Assembly: GCF_004010195.1 (NCBI RefSeq)
Contig: NC_057718.1
Coordinates: 50,236,450 to 50,300,449 of the forward strand
DNA from: Chiloscyllium plagiosum
Taxonomy: Eukaryota
Length of the DNA stretch: 64,000 nt
Reading direction: 5' to 3'
Program-made: the position numbers and the translations under genes
The notes under the pieces: generated by a model
Seen by the model: only the letters and a program-made list of their open reading frames with translations
Databases searched by the model: none
What the model was told of the DNA's origin: nothing
Part shown: one piece after another, positions 41,977-52,515 of the stretch
How the letters are laid out: each line of letters opens with the position of its first letter
How positions within the stretch are numbered: the first letter of the stretch is position 1

Positions 41977-42220
41977 GCAAATAAAAGCAAACTAGATGCT
42001 GGAGATGCAGAATAGAAAGTGCTAGGGAAACTCAAGTCTAGCAGTGTCTGAGACAAAAATAGAGTTAACTTTTTGAGTCCAATGTGACTTCTTCAGAACT
42101 CTAAACTCTGCAGTTCTGAGGAAGTCGCATTGGACTCAAAATGTCAATTCTGTTTCTCTCTTTCTACAGATGCTGTAAGATGTGCAAGTTTCTCCATCTT
42201 ACACCAAGTTTCTGTTTTTA
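41977..42220. mobile_element. Older palindromic PLE-tail insertion
   Basis: Arms ttttgagtccaatgtgacttcttcagaact / agttctgaggaagtcgcattggactcaaaa; TSD tgcc(a/g)agaa at 41968-41976 and 42221-42229. Confidence 0.78.
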
Positions 42221-43284
42221 TGCCGAGAATCAGTCTCACTTGTCTGTTGCCGTGGTTCAGGTAGGGGTGAGGAAGAGTTGGAAAGACTCCATGATATTTC
42301 CCGAAGAAAGCAGGAATTTTTCACGCTGACTAGTTCATTCTGACTAGCATTTGTCCTTCAACTGATATCACCTCAAAACAGTAAATAATTCATTTTAATT
42401 GCTCTTTTCAGATCTCACTCAATATGTCTGCTATGTTTATCTTCAGAATAATGGGCATCAAACTTTGGAGGTAATGAATTGCGTGAAGTGCCATGCAGGA
42501 ATAATTATTTTTACATAAGTGACTTTTAATGCTGATATAATGCCTTTAATGTCTAAAAAGCTACTTATTTTCTCATGTCCTTACAACATTATAGGTACAA
42601 AACTTCAAACATATTAATTTCTTCTTATTTATTTTTCACCTAACCTAAAATACGCCATATATAATATTCACAGTTTACTTTCCCACTTACTTTTTTGATT
42701 GTAGCATTTTTGTTAATCTTCAGTCATACTCTTTGACTTGTTATTGCCTTTAACAAACAAAACTGCTTAACGTTCTTCAAAATTGAAGTCAGCAGCATCA
42801 TACAGTACATTATCACTAAAATGGCTTTTTCAGTTGCTTTTGAGCCAGTTTTGGAATTGAATTAACACCCCAGATGATGAAAACCATCAACTTTGCCTCC
42901 AAGGACCTATAAGAATTACTGAATTTTCAAATCTTGATATCTTTACCAGGTTTTTGCACTCGTCGATCTTACGTTCCATTATAAGTTAAATACTGCACAT
43001 TTATCATACTCTGCTGCGAGTTTGCCATGACTGCAAATGAAACTGCATTCTCAGGCATTACATGCTTCAAAATGTTATTTTGCTGAATTTTCTTTTTTTT
43101 TAATCAATTTTGCTTTGGAGCTGTGAGTAGGAACTGTGAGCTCAAATGACTTTTGGGCTGTTGGATAACAGCTTGTGTTAAAAGGAAAACAGACCAAACC
43201 AGCTTTTGTATGTTCATGAGGCCAAGCCTGTAAGTTAATTGCAGGTTGCTTCCTGATCAATAGGTTCTGTAGGCATATTGTCAC

Positions 43285-43577
43285 GGGAGATGGCTCAGTG
43301 GTTAGCACTGTTGTCTCACAGCGCCACGTTCCCAAGTTCGATTCCAGCCTCTGGCAGCTGTCTTTCTGGAGTTTGCACATTCTCCTTGTGTCTGCGTGGG
43401 TTTCCTCCCACACTCCAAAGATGTGCAGGTCAGGTGAATTGGCCATGCTAAATTGCCCGTAGTGCTAGGTGCATTAGTCAGAGGGAAGTGGGTCCGGGTG
43501 GGTTACTCTTCAGAGGGTCGGTGTGGACTGATTGGGCTGAACGGCCTGTTTCTACACTGTAGGGAATTTAATCTAAC
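43285..43577 (+). mobile_element. HE1-type SINE
   Basis: tggctcagtggttagcact A box, gttcgattcc B box, core and tail. Confidence 0.92.
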
Positions 43578-44523
43578 AAAGATGCTATTAACGAGATCAG
43601 TACATGGGAATTGGTTTCAGTACATTTGGAGAGGACTTCATGTTGATGCAGATGGCAAACATTGAACAGTAACTGGGGTCTTGTGAGGGAGATGGCTAGT
43701 CTGTCATGGAGTGGTCAGAATCTGAATTGAATTTTGGACTGTGTTTTCAGTGAGAAAGAGTCTGACTATTAATGCCACAGCATGAAGATTTGAAAGCTCC
43801 CTGCCTAAAATCCCATCAATAGCTCTTGGAAGCTCAGAGAATAGAAAACTAAGTATTGCTACCTTTATGAGTGAACTCTGATTGACGTCTTCAGAAAATT
43901 AACCAAGAAACCTATGCCTATGGAACAATGCATTGTGAAAACACTTAAGTAAACTGGTCAGTTTTGTTATCTTTTATTTATCCTTAAAGGTGCAAGTTTG
44001 TCTGTCTTTAGTGTGAATGGAACTGAGAACAAAGGTTTTGGTTTCAAAGCATAGACCAATTAGATTAATTTGCTAATTAGCTTTACTGCTCTGAAGTTAC
44101 TATATTTTTCATAAATTGCTTAATCTTTTTGTTTAAGATACAAACCGATGACTGAAATTGATTATTCGTAATGTTTGTGTTTGATTATTCAAAAAAAGTA
44201 TGGATAGGAACAATTGGGATCAATTTTGAGGATTTTTAAAAATTTTGATGTGTTGTGAATACAGAGATAGAAAGGCTGATTTGGTTTGGCTGTTGTCTCC
44301 GTGTTCTAAGAGAAGCCACATGTTGCTCAGGTTTCATCCGTGATTCCACAAATGCAAATGAAAGATTTTTCCCAACTTCATTTTGAATCAGGAGGAAAAC
44401 ACAACTGGGTTAAAATTAGTGCTCCTGATGCAGGGTTTTGGAAAACACCAGGATTTTTTCTTCAAATCTATCTTTGCATATTTCAATACCAACACAGTTT
44501 TGGGTTAAGAATTAAAAACTTAC

Positions 44524-44622
44524 ATTTGACTTTCTATCCAACAATATTGACCATCTGCTTTTCTTCCTTGAAATGCATTTAAATAAACTTCAACATTTTG
44601 TTGCATTAAATAAGGAAAGCAG
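44524..44622 (-). CDS. Internal exon (CFPYLMQQNVEVYLNAFQGRKADGQYCWIESQ)
   Basis: Acceptor atatttgacag, strong donor AT|gtaagt; 99 nt, phase 2 to 2, open and in frame with the 41661 exon. Confidence 0.6.
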
Positions 44623-44954
44623 CTGTCAAATATTTTTGTATTGAGTCATCATTTTAAAAGAAAAATCCATCAATAAACAGGCAATATTGCATCAAAACAT
44701 AATTTAAATAACAGATCTTAAAAGGATCAATCCTTACTGATTTCTAAAATTTTCCTAAAATCCCAAAGATGAGGTGAAAGATCAGTAGATCACAAAATGT
44801 TTTTTTTCTTGAAAGAGATAATGAGGAAAGACTAATCATGAACAAAAATCAGCAAATTTGAGGTTCAGGCATGTGTTGGTGTGCAAAAAGGTAACAATTC
44901 TTAACGAGAAAATACTACCTTGAAATTAAATTAATGCTAGTCATTCTAAAAATA

Positions 44955-45018
44955 GTCGATTTTGCCTGTCCTCGGATGCTGCCTGAATTGCTGTGCTCTT
45001 CCAGCACCACTGATCCAG
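44955..45018 (+). mobile_element. Short PLE-tail fragment
   Basis: gtcgat...ctcggatgctgcctgaa...ccagcaccac; 12-bp TSD attctaaaaata at 44943-44954 and 45019-45030. Confidence 0.8.
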
Positions 45019-45180
45019 ATTCTAAAAATAAATGCTTGCGCTTTGTAGAAATAACTTAAAATTATGCTTGCAATGGTAAAACTTTTACATTTAAATTGGC
45101 CTGCATGTAACATAATTTAGAAACAGACATAAAACAAGTTTAATTTCCTGCAAGTAACTTAAGATTGAATGGGAAGCTGA

Positions 45181-48079
45181 GGGCAAAATCTCACATTTTT
45201 TGGTGGAGTGTGAGTTGCACTGGAATGTTTTGGAAAGATTCCTATTGTGAGGCCTAATGCGGTTTGGCACCGTAACTTACCGAATGTCCTGATTAACTAT
45301 CTCCCCCTCCCTATTCCATCCCCAACTTACCACGTGTGATTCGCAGAACAACTCTCCACTCAATGGATATCTCTGGCACTTGCACTGTACTTAAAATGGC
45401 CTTGTGCACCCAAATGAGCATTAGTATTCCACTGCTACCCTGCTTGGTCAAGGATGGAAGCTGAATGTGTTGGGGAAAGGGACAATGATATCAGAGAAGG
45501 GGAAGAAGGTGCTGTGATTCTCCAACAGGGACTTGGAAGTCATGATTGAGGGTTAGTGCAAGGGAGGGATTCGTCTTACCAGAGGACCAGCAGAGGAGGG
45601 CATCCCACTATGTTCTGGCAGCCTGTTCGGAGGTCACCACATGGATCAGTGCCATCTTCACAGTTAGGAGGAAATATCAGTAATACCGCTCCAGGGTAAA
45701 TCTCACAATCTTCTCTCTACAGGTCACTCACTCCATCCTTACTATCACACCCATCCCACTAAGACTTCCATTACTGCTCTCACTATTGCCTGCAACATCT
45801 TCTCTCATCACTCACTCACTCTCACATCACCCCCTCGCACGCTTTTATCCCTGCATGGTCTCTGCGCTGTTTACTGTGTCTCTCTTTAGAAAATTTGGGA
45901 GCACATTCTGGTGAGCATCTCATTGTGACAGTTCTGTACCTGGCTAAAGAAGAAAGGTCCCTGGTGTTACCACGCGGAGGCTGAACCCCTCTGCTAATTA
46001 AAGCCAAAAACCCAAAAAAGTTCACCTCACCTCATAATCTGTTAAAAATGTGTGAACGAAAGAAGATCCCTGATTTCCACCATATAAATGAAAAGTAGCA
46101 ATTGATTTATTTAATCAATAGGAAACACTAACCAAAAACTATTAACAAACTGAACACTCTTTTTCATAACTAAACACTACCCTTTAGAGCTGAACACAAT
46201 CAATTAATATGTTGTTCCAATAACACAATTAGTTAACATTACATTAACTTAATTTCTCAAAGTCCATATCGCCTCTTATGTTGTCTTCCTTCCAGTCTTC
46301 CGATTCTGCTGCCTTTTCCCTGGATCAGATTTCTCCTTTTTACTGCTGTTACAGGAAAAGGTACTTTTTGATAGATAGTTCTTTCTGAGATTTCTTTGAG
46401 AACAAGATGTTTATGTCTTTGGATGGCATTTGCTCTCTGGATCTACGATGGCAGTTCTGAGCAGTTTTTGAAATATCTGTATATTTTTATTACCCCAAAG
46501 TTGTTCCCTCTAATTGATCTAGTTTTGTCAATACAATAAATTCAAACTCAGTTGGGTTTTAGTATCCTGGGCATAATTTAATTAATTGGTTACATTTGAA
46601 TTGTTGTCAAAACAGCAACGAAAACTCAGGTATCCATTTAACAGCCAATTTTATATATATATATATATATCTATTTTGGAACAGCGCCTCTCCAAGCTGT
46701 TCTGTATTCTAGCAACTGTGGCTAAACTTGAAATTAAAAATTCAGAAAGCACATTTTATCTTAAAATGAGCATACACTCTTTCGTCTTTGTAACACAGGC
46801 CGCTGAAACTCGGAGGACTATTGGAGACCATGACCCTGGTCAGCCCCAGGCAGGAGAGGGCTGAAGTATCAATAATTGGGGACTTTTTCAGAATGCACAG
46901 GGAGGAACAGGACAGGTATGTGAGACACAATGGTTCTGATTACCCAAAAGCTGCAGCAGTGCCCTAACCATGCAATCATTTGCGTCCAAGCACAGTTGAC
47001 AGCTCCTGTGAAGAGCCAGTCCAGCATTCTTAGGCTCCACGGGAGAGGTCATGATGTCAGTGAACCCTTTCAGGTATTAACTGTCATTTTTGCACTCCTT
47101 TGCTCAAGCCATTTGTCCTGAGGATTGAAGACATGGCAAGAGGGAAATGGGAACCTAACGAGCACTCAAGTGCCTCTTACTCACAAGGAGGCAGGGCCAG
47201 ACCACGCAGCACCCAGCAGTAAGGGTATCCACATGCTAGTTCCCTCAGAGGTCTCCTTTCAAGAAACTCCAGAGCCTTTCATCTTCACCTCAGTTGGCCC
47301 CATTGGGCCCTTGGAAGTTGAAGCTGAGGAAGGTTCACTTGCAGCTGTTGAGAAGACACCTCAGCACATTTGGATGTCCAGACACAAACATCCCTGGGAT
47401 AATCACACCAAACCTCCAGGACCAACTGATTCCATTAGGGATCAGGCTCCCTCACTCCAGTTGCGGAACTAACCCTAACCCTACTGCTGGCACTACAGTA
47501 AAATGTAGTTTGGGGGAGGAGGGAGGAGGGCAGGGAAGTAAAAGGAACAAACCTGCAGAGAGCACTTTAGTTCCATAATGACAATGCATTGCACATGACG
47601 TTTTGGGCTTTTGCTTCTCTTGTTGGGTCTCTGCGAATCCCCAGAAGTAATTCTGTAGCCAGCACGATGCCCAATGTCACACCTATACAGGATGTAGCAT
47701 AAAGTGAAGTCTGTGTTGAGCACCTGCATTGAATAATGGCAGGTAAACCCCTAATATTTGCGTCAAGAACAGTGAAATTCTGATGGGTTGTCTGAAGAAA
47801 GACCACTCTGGGGAGATGTTGAAACTTCACTTGTACACCATGTCACCTGTGGCTCCACGAGCCTCCAATAACTGCAGCAGTGAGACACTCCCTGTTAGGT
47901 TGATGATCTGGCCACACAGGGAGGCAGGGGTCAGTCACCTTTTAATTATGCCAATCAGATAGTTCACACCCCCTTGAAGCAGATAACCAATCCGCTTTTG
48001 GGAAGATGCCTGACTGGGGAGCAGCTCCTCACAATTTTACAGGCCCATCCTGCTTCCAAGGGATTGATAAAATTCTGCC
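45181..48079 (+). mobile_element. Harbinger-like DNA transposon remnant with Myb/SANT ORF and nested solo LTR
   Basis: Imperfect ends gggcaaaatct / aaaattctgcc; FSNRDLEVMIEG...SEVTTWISAIFTVRRK at ~45490-45700. Confidence 0.6.
45965..46795. mobile_element. Solo LTR related to the 18162 LTR
   Basis: TGTTAC...GTAACA termini; TSD ctgg/cagg (1 mismatch); shared block ataaattcaaa..ttgggttttagtatc..ggg..ataattta. Confidence 0.82.
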
Positions 48080-48113
48080 AATGGGTTTCCACTCAATCTC
48101 AAACAAAGCCTGT

Positions 48114-48399
48114 GATTAGATTAGATTACTTACAGTGTGGAAACAGGTCCTTCAGCCCAACAAAGTTGAAACTTTATTGCTGGAACAGCACAGCAGGTCA
48201 GGCAGCATCCAGGGAACAGGAGCATGGCCAATTCACCTAACCTGCACATTTTTGGAGTGTGGGAGGAAACCAGAGCACCCAGAGGAAACCCACACAGACA
48301 CTGGGAGAATATGCAAACTCCACACAGAGAGTTGCCTGAGTTGGGAATTGAACCCAGGTCTCTGGCGCTGTGAGGCAGCAGTGCTAACCACTGCCACCC
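48114..48399 (-). mobile_element. HE1-type SINE whose middle is replaced by a PLE-tail fragment
   Basis: 48164-48220 is PLE sequence (gctggaacagcacagcaggtcaggcagcatcc) in place of ~80 nt of HE1. Confidence 0.85.
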
Positions 48400-48862
48400 A
48401 CAAAAGTAGTGCCTTCAAAATTTAAATTGGTCACGTGCAGCTCCAAACATGGGAAGAAATGCTACAGTTTTATTCCACAGTCCAGAGCTGGAATTGTTAA
48501 GGGCATTGAAATCATTGATATATTTTTATTTCCATTGATTCAACTAAGTCCGCCTTCTTAAATTGTGCGTCAAGCTATTTCCTCTCAGAAGTTTTTTTTT
48601 GTTATGTGAGTAGTGGTGCGTGCAATGATCCCATTTTTTCACCCCATACAGAAGGTGTGTTCCTTATTCTCACGTGACAAATTTTCACAGAAACCTTCAA
48701 ATCACTAAGCAAGTGATGATTGATATAAGATTGATACACTGTGATCTAATCTAATAAATGATTTAACACATGACTGACGACGTGTGCACTGCGGATTACT
48801 TTGATGGTCAAGCAACTCCTTCAGTTTGTAGAATAGAATTGAATGTGGAGAATTATTCATAC

Positions 48863-49045
48863 TGTGTAAGTTATTGCTCCGAGGTCTTTGTGAAGACCAA
48901 TGACGATAATAAAATATAAATGCGTTTTGTGTTCTTCACTGTTGTTGGCAAAATGGATAACCTGAACTGCCACTCTGAACAAAGCATCTGTCGCATGGTT
49001 TATAAAAGTGGAAAGCAGTTGACAGACTGCTTCCAACAGTAACAC
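48863..49045 (-). CDS. Candidate upstream exon (VLLLEAVCQLLSTFINHATDALFRVAVQ...GAITYT)
   Basis: Acceptor cccctgtag, donor ACA|gtatga; 183 nt open, phase 0 to 0; link to the phase-2 exon at 44622 unresolved. Confidence 0.3.
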
Positions 49046-49295
49046 CTACAGGGGCCTGTAAGCTCCCTGAATAGAAGGTGAGAGCAGTTCTTAGCTGACA
49101 CCTTCACTGTTTGTGTACTGGGGCTTAGCACCTTTAGTCTCCGTTTTTCAAATCAATCCCTAGTTCCTGACAGAGGTCAAACCTCCTTGCTTTCACTGCT
49201 AAAATCTTTGAGACACTGTTTGTTTGTCATTTCAAAAGCATTTAAGTGAAGCAGATAAAACAATAAAAAATTATTCTCCCCTCAGCACATCCTCT

Positions 49296-49316
49296 CACAC
49301 ACACACACACACACAC
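49296..49316. repeat. (CA)n microsatellite
   Basis: About ten CA units. Confidence 0.9.
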
Positions 49317-49892
49317 CTTTTGTGACTTCAGTGGAATAAAACTGTAGTATTTCTTCCCATGTTTGGAGCTGCACGTGACCAATTTAAATTTTGAAGGCAC
49401 TACTTTGTCAATATCTGCAATTTTTATGCAAGGGAGTTGTTATGCATACATATACACAGGTTAGTGTTTAATTATGATTAATTTTCTTTGGTGAACCACT
49501 GAGTATGGTGATTTTGTCATGCACACAAATTAACATGGGAAAGGTCATGTTTACGATCGTAAAATGTATAAAAAGCAATATTAATAATGGCAACTTGTAT
49601 TGTTATCAGTGCAAAAACACATTTTCCCATTGTTTAGCTATACAAACAACATACTGTCTTGTACTAAGAATAAAAATGTGACACTGTTACACCAGTCACA
49701 TGATAATTTTATATATTCCTGTTGCTGTCATATTTTGTGCATTTGCACTTGTTTTAAATGATTTCTAATGTGAACAATGGAAGAAAATGCAGTTTCAAAG
49801 ATAGAATGTAAAGGTAGAAATTCCTGGTTGCAAATAAATTGGGAGGGGATCATGCAATGCAAATGTTGATGTCAAAGGTATTTGCACGAGCT

Positions 49893-50234
49893 TTTTTAAA
49901 AATTTATTAACAGGATGAGGGCATCACTGGGTAGGCCAGCATTGCTTGCCCATCCCTAACTGCCCTGACGGCAGTTAAGAGTTAACCATATTGTTGTACA
50001 CCTGGAGTCACACTTAGGCTAGACCTGGTACACTGGCCCTTTTCTTCCCTAAAAGGCATGAGTGAACCAGATGACTTTTTCCCCCAAAATCATCATCAAT
50101 CATTATCATGACTCTTAAATCCAGATACTTAATGAATTCAAATTCCACCATCTGCCATGGCAGGATTCGAACCCGGGTCCCCAGAACATTACCTGGTCTC
50201 TGGATTAACAATCCAGGCATAACACCACATGACC
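49893..50234 (-). mobile_element. tRNA-derived SINE, second family
   Basis: B box ggttcgaatcc on -; paralogous to 26455-26780. Confidence 0.8.
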
Positions 50235-50951
50235 ATAACAAGAAATGTTGGAGACTCACACATGGCCTTGGCCTCCCCTGATGAGGGCATTATTCACTTT
50301 GTTCAGATCATGCTGAGGGAATATTCAAAGCCAGAGACATGGTTGCAGGAAATAAACATTAGCCTGCAATCCGTTATAATAATACCAGAATAAAAATTAA
50401 TGCTCAGAAGAAGAGTCACTGGACCCAAAAGATTAACTGTGCTTTCTCCACAGATGCTACACATAATTTTAGGCAGAAGATAAGCTGAAACTTGATAAAT
50501 GGTAAATAGGTTTATTACATAATAGCCAACTCCACCATATTTTGAGAAATATGATGGTTTTCTATGAGATATATGACATATGTAAGTGCATCTCACTGTT
50601 AGCTATATTCCCTGAGCACAAGATCAGCAACTTTGGGAAACCCTGCAAATATGAGTAAACATTTATTATTAAAACCTTTCAGCTCCTCTCAGGAACAGTC
50701 TTTTATTTCCTGATGAGCAGATCAGCTCATGATGTCAGTGAACCCTTTCAGGTATTAACTGTCATAAACAACAGTGTTCTTTTTAAAGTTGCTCAGCCAT
50801 ACCAGGAAATGCAACAAGGAATTATAGAACCATACGAATGTCAAGTAACTCCCATTGTAACCCTGAAGATAGTTTTGCTTTGCTTTGCTGAGCAATTAGT
50901 GAGCAAAAGCCAGAGGTCAGGGATAAAAGCCTTTGGTCAGTGATGACAGAA

Positions 50952-51159
50952 GGATTGCATTAAAAATCACATAACACCATGTAATCGTCCAAAAGGTTTA
51001 TTTGGAAGTAATAGCTTTCAGACCATTGCTCTGAGATACCTGATGAAGGAGCAGCACTCTGAAAGCTAGTTCTTCAAAGTAAACCTGTTGGACTATAATC
51101 TGGTTTTGTGTATTTTTTTAACTTTGTCCACCCCAGTCTAACACCGGCACCTCCACATC
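50952..51159. mobile_element. Palindromic PLE-tail insertion (second family)
   Basis: Inverted arms; 9-bp TSD atgacagaa at 50943-50951 and 51160-51168. Confidence 0.85.
51040..51070 (+). ncRNA. Hammerhead ribozyme core (CUA cleavage triplet)
   Basis: ac-CTGATGA-a-ggag-cagca-ctct-GAAAG-CTA-gt. Confidence 0.72.
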
Positions 51160-51215
51160 ATGACAGAAATACAGACATTGGTCCAATTCCTCGACTGGGC
51201 AACACTACTCCTTAC

Positions 51216-51294
51216 AAGTGAGACACAATCAAGGAATACCTTTGAAATTTTCATGCTAGACAATGAATTGAAATGTTGTAAAATTCTCTCATAA
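51216..51294 (-). CDS. Candidate upstream exon (YERILQHFNSLSSMKISKVFLDCVSL)
   Basis: Acceptor aatttgcag, donor CTT|gtaagg; 79 nt open, phase 2 to 0, compatible with the 49045 candidate. Confidence 0.35.
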
Positions 51295-52515
51295 CTGCAA
51301 ATTACTGTATGTAATAGTTCACATTACTGCTTTCACATTGATGTTTGAAGAAATCCAGAGAGTTTCTGATTTAGTGCATTTGTTCAATGGGCCAACTGCT
51401 GTTTTATATCTTCTCATTACTTGATAAATGAGATTTATGGTTGTTGTTGATCTCGAAATTGTCCACATCTTTAAGTCATGCAGATTAAAATAAAGAATTA
51501 CAGATATTTCTTGAAATGCATAACATTTTATCTGCCAGATCCTTCAAATGTTTTTACTCTTCTGTCTATTTGGCACATAACCAAGACAAATAGTTGATCC
51601 GACCTTTCATTTTATTTTCACTCTTTCTCAAATATTTTATGCTCAAGTGGTTTCTGGAGGAAGGTTGAGTACAGACCAAGGATTTACCATTTTGATTTGA
51701 ATCTGTATCTTTGCCAGGAGTTTTGTCCACCAGGCATGCACATTAACAAATCACAGTATGTTTCCATATTTTCTTCATTATGTATCAGATGGAAATTCTT
51801 GGAAAGTGAAACACATTGAACAGAATCTTACATGGGCCTGAATGACGTGGGCGATAACAAGAAATGTTGGAGACTCACACAAAACGTCCAGTGAGGCCTA
51901 TCACTGGGGACAACTCACTATATCTATTAACTAAGTTCCGGGTGTCAAAGCGAGTTTCTCACTCGGCAGCAGTATGTTGCCTATTAACAGGAATTATTGC
52001 TTGCTAATTACCTTATTAACTGCAGATTTCACCTCATTAGTATGCAGCTTTCTATCGGAACATCCGCTGTGAGCAAACTAGACACCGGTAATTTCTGACA
52101 TGAATGTCAGAATGGGTACCTGTGGACTCCAGCTTGCCACTTATTCCACCAGATTTTCATGTTGGAGACTGACAATAACATCTCATAGCACAGGTATCAC
52201 ACACCCTTCAGCCACCAACCTTGGTATCCAACATGTGTTGGCCTCTAAAAGCCCTCATGATACATATAGTATGCAGGAAGGCAATAATAATGAAATATAG
52301 TACCATCATGTGATTTCACACTCATAACCATCAGTTCAGATGCTATTTCAGTGCATATTAGAGGGGATAGCATTGAGACAGCATCTGCAGACAGTGAGAC
52401 CACAGATATAAGAGCAGAATTTGGCCAGACAGCAAGTCTGGGATGTGTAAGACAGCAGTGGAGAATATGAATGCCAGGTACAAATCTTGATCAATAACAA
52501 TTGTTGATAAATAAA

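Larger units (their letters stand above)
48403..49406. repeat. 76-bp inverted repeat (48403-48478 / 49331-49406), 852-bp spacer
   Basis: 75/76 identical after reverse complement. Confidence 0.95.

Noticed and set aside
43682..44310. Fourth LTR-like stretch
   Set aside because: Termini and TSD could not be defined.
34984..44622. Alternative pseudogene model using the 43030 exon and the acceptor at 35062
   Set aside because: Phases fit but it needs three stop codons, whereas a stop-free model exists.
50709..50735. CTGATGA followed by a small hairpin
   Set aside because: No GAAA or cleavage triplet follows, so it is not a hammerhead.
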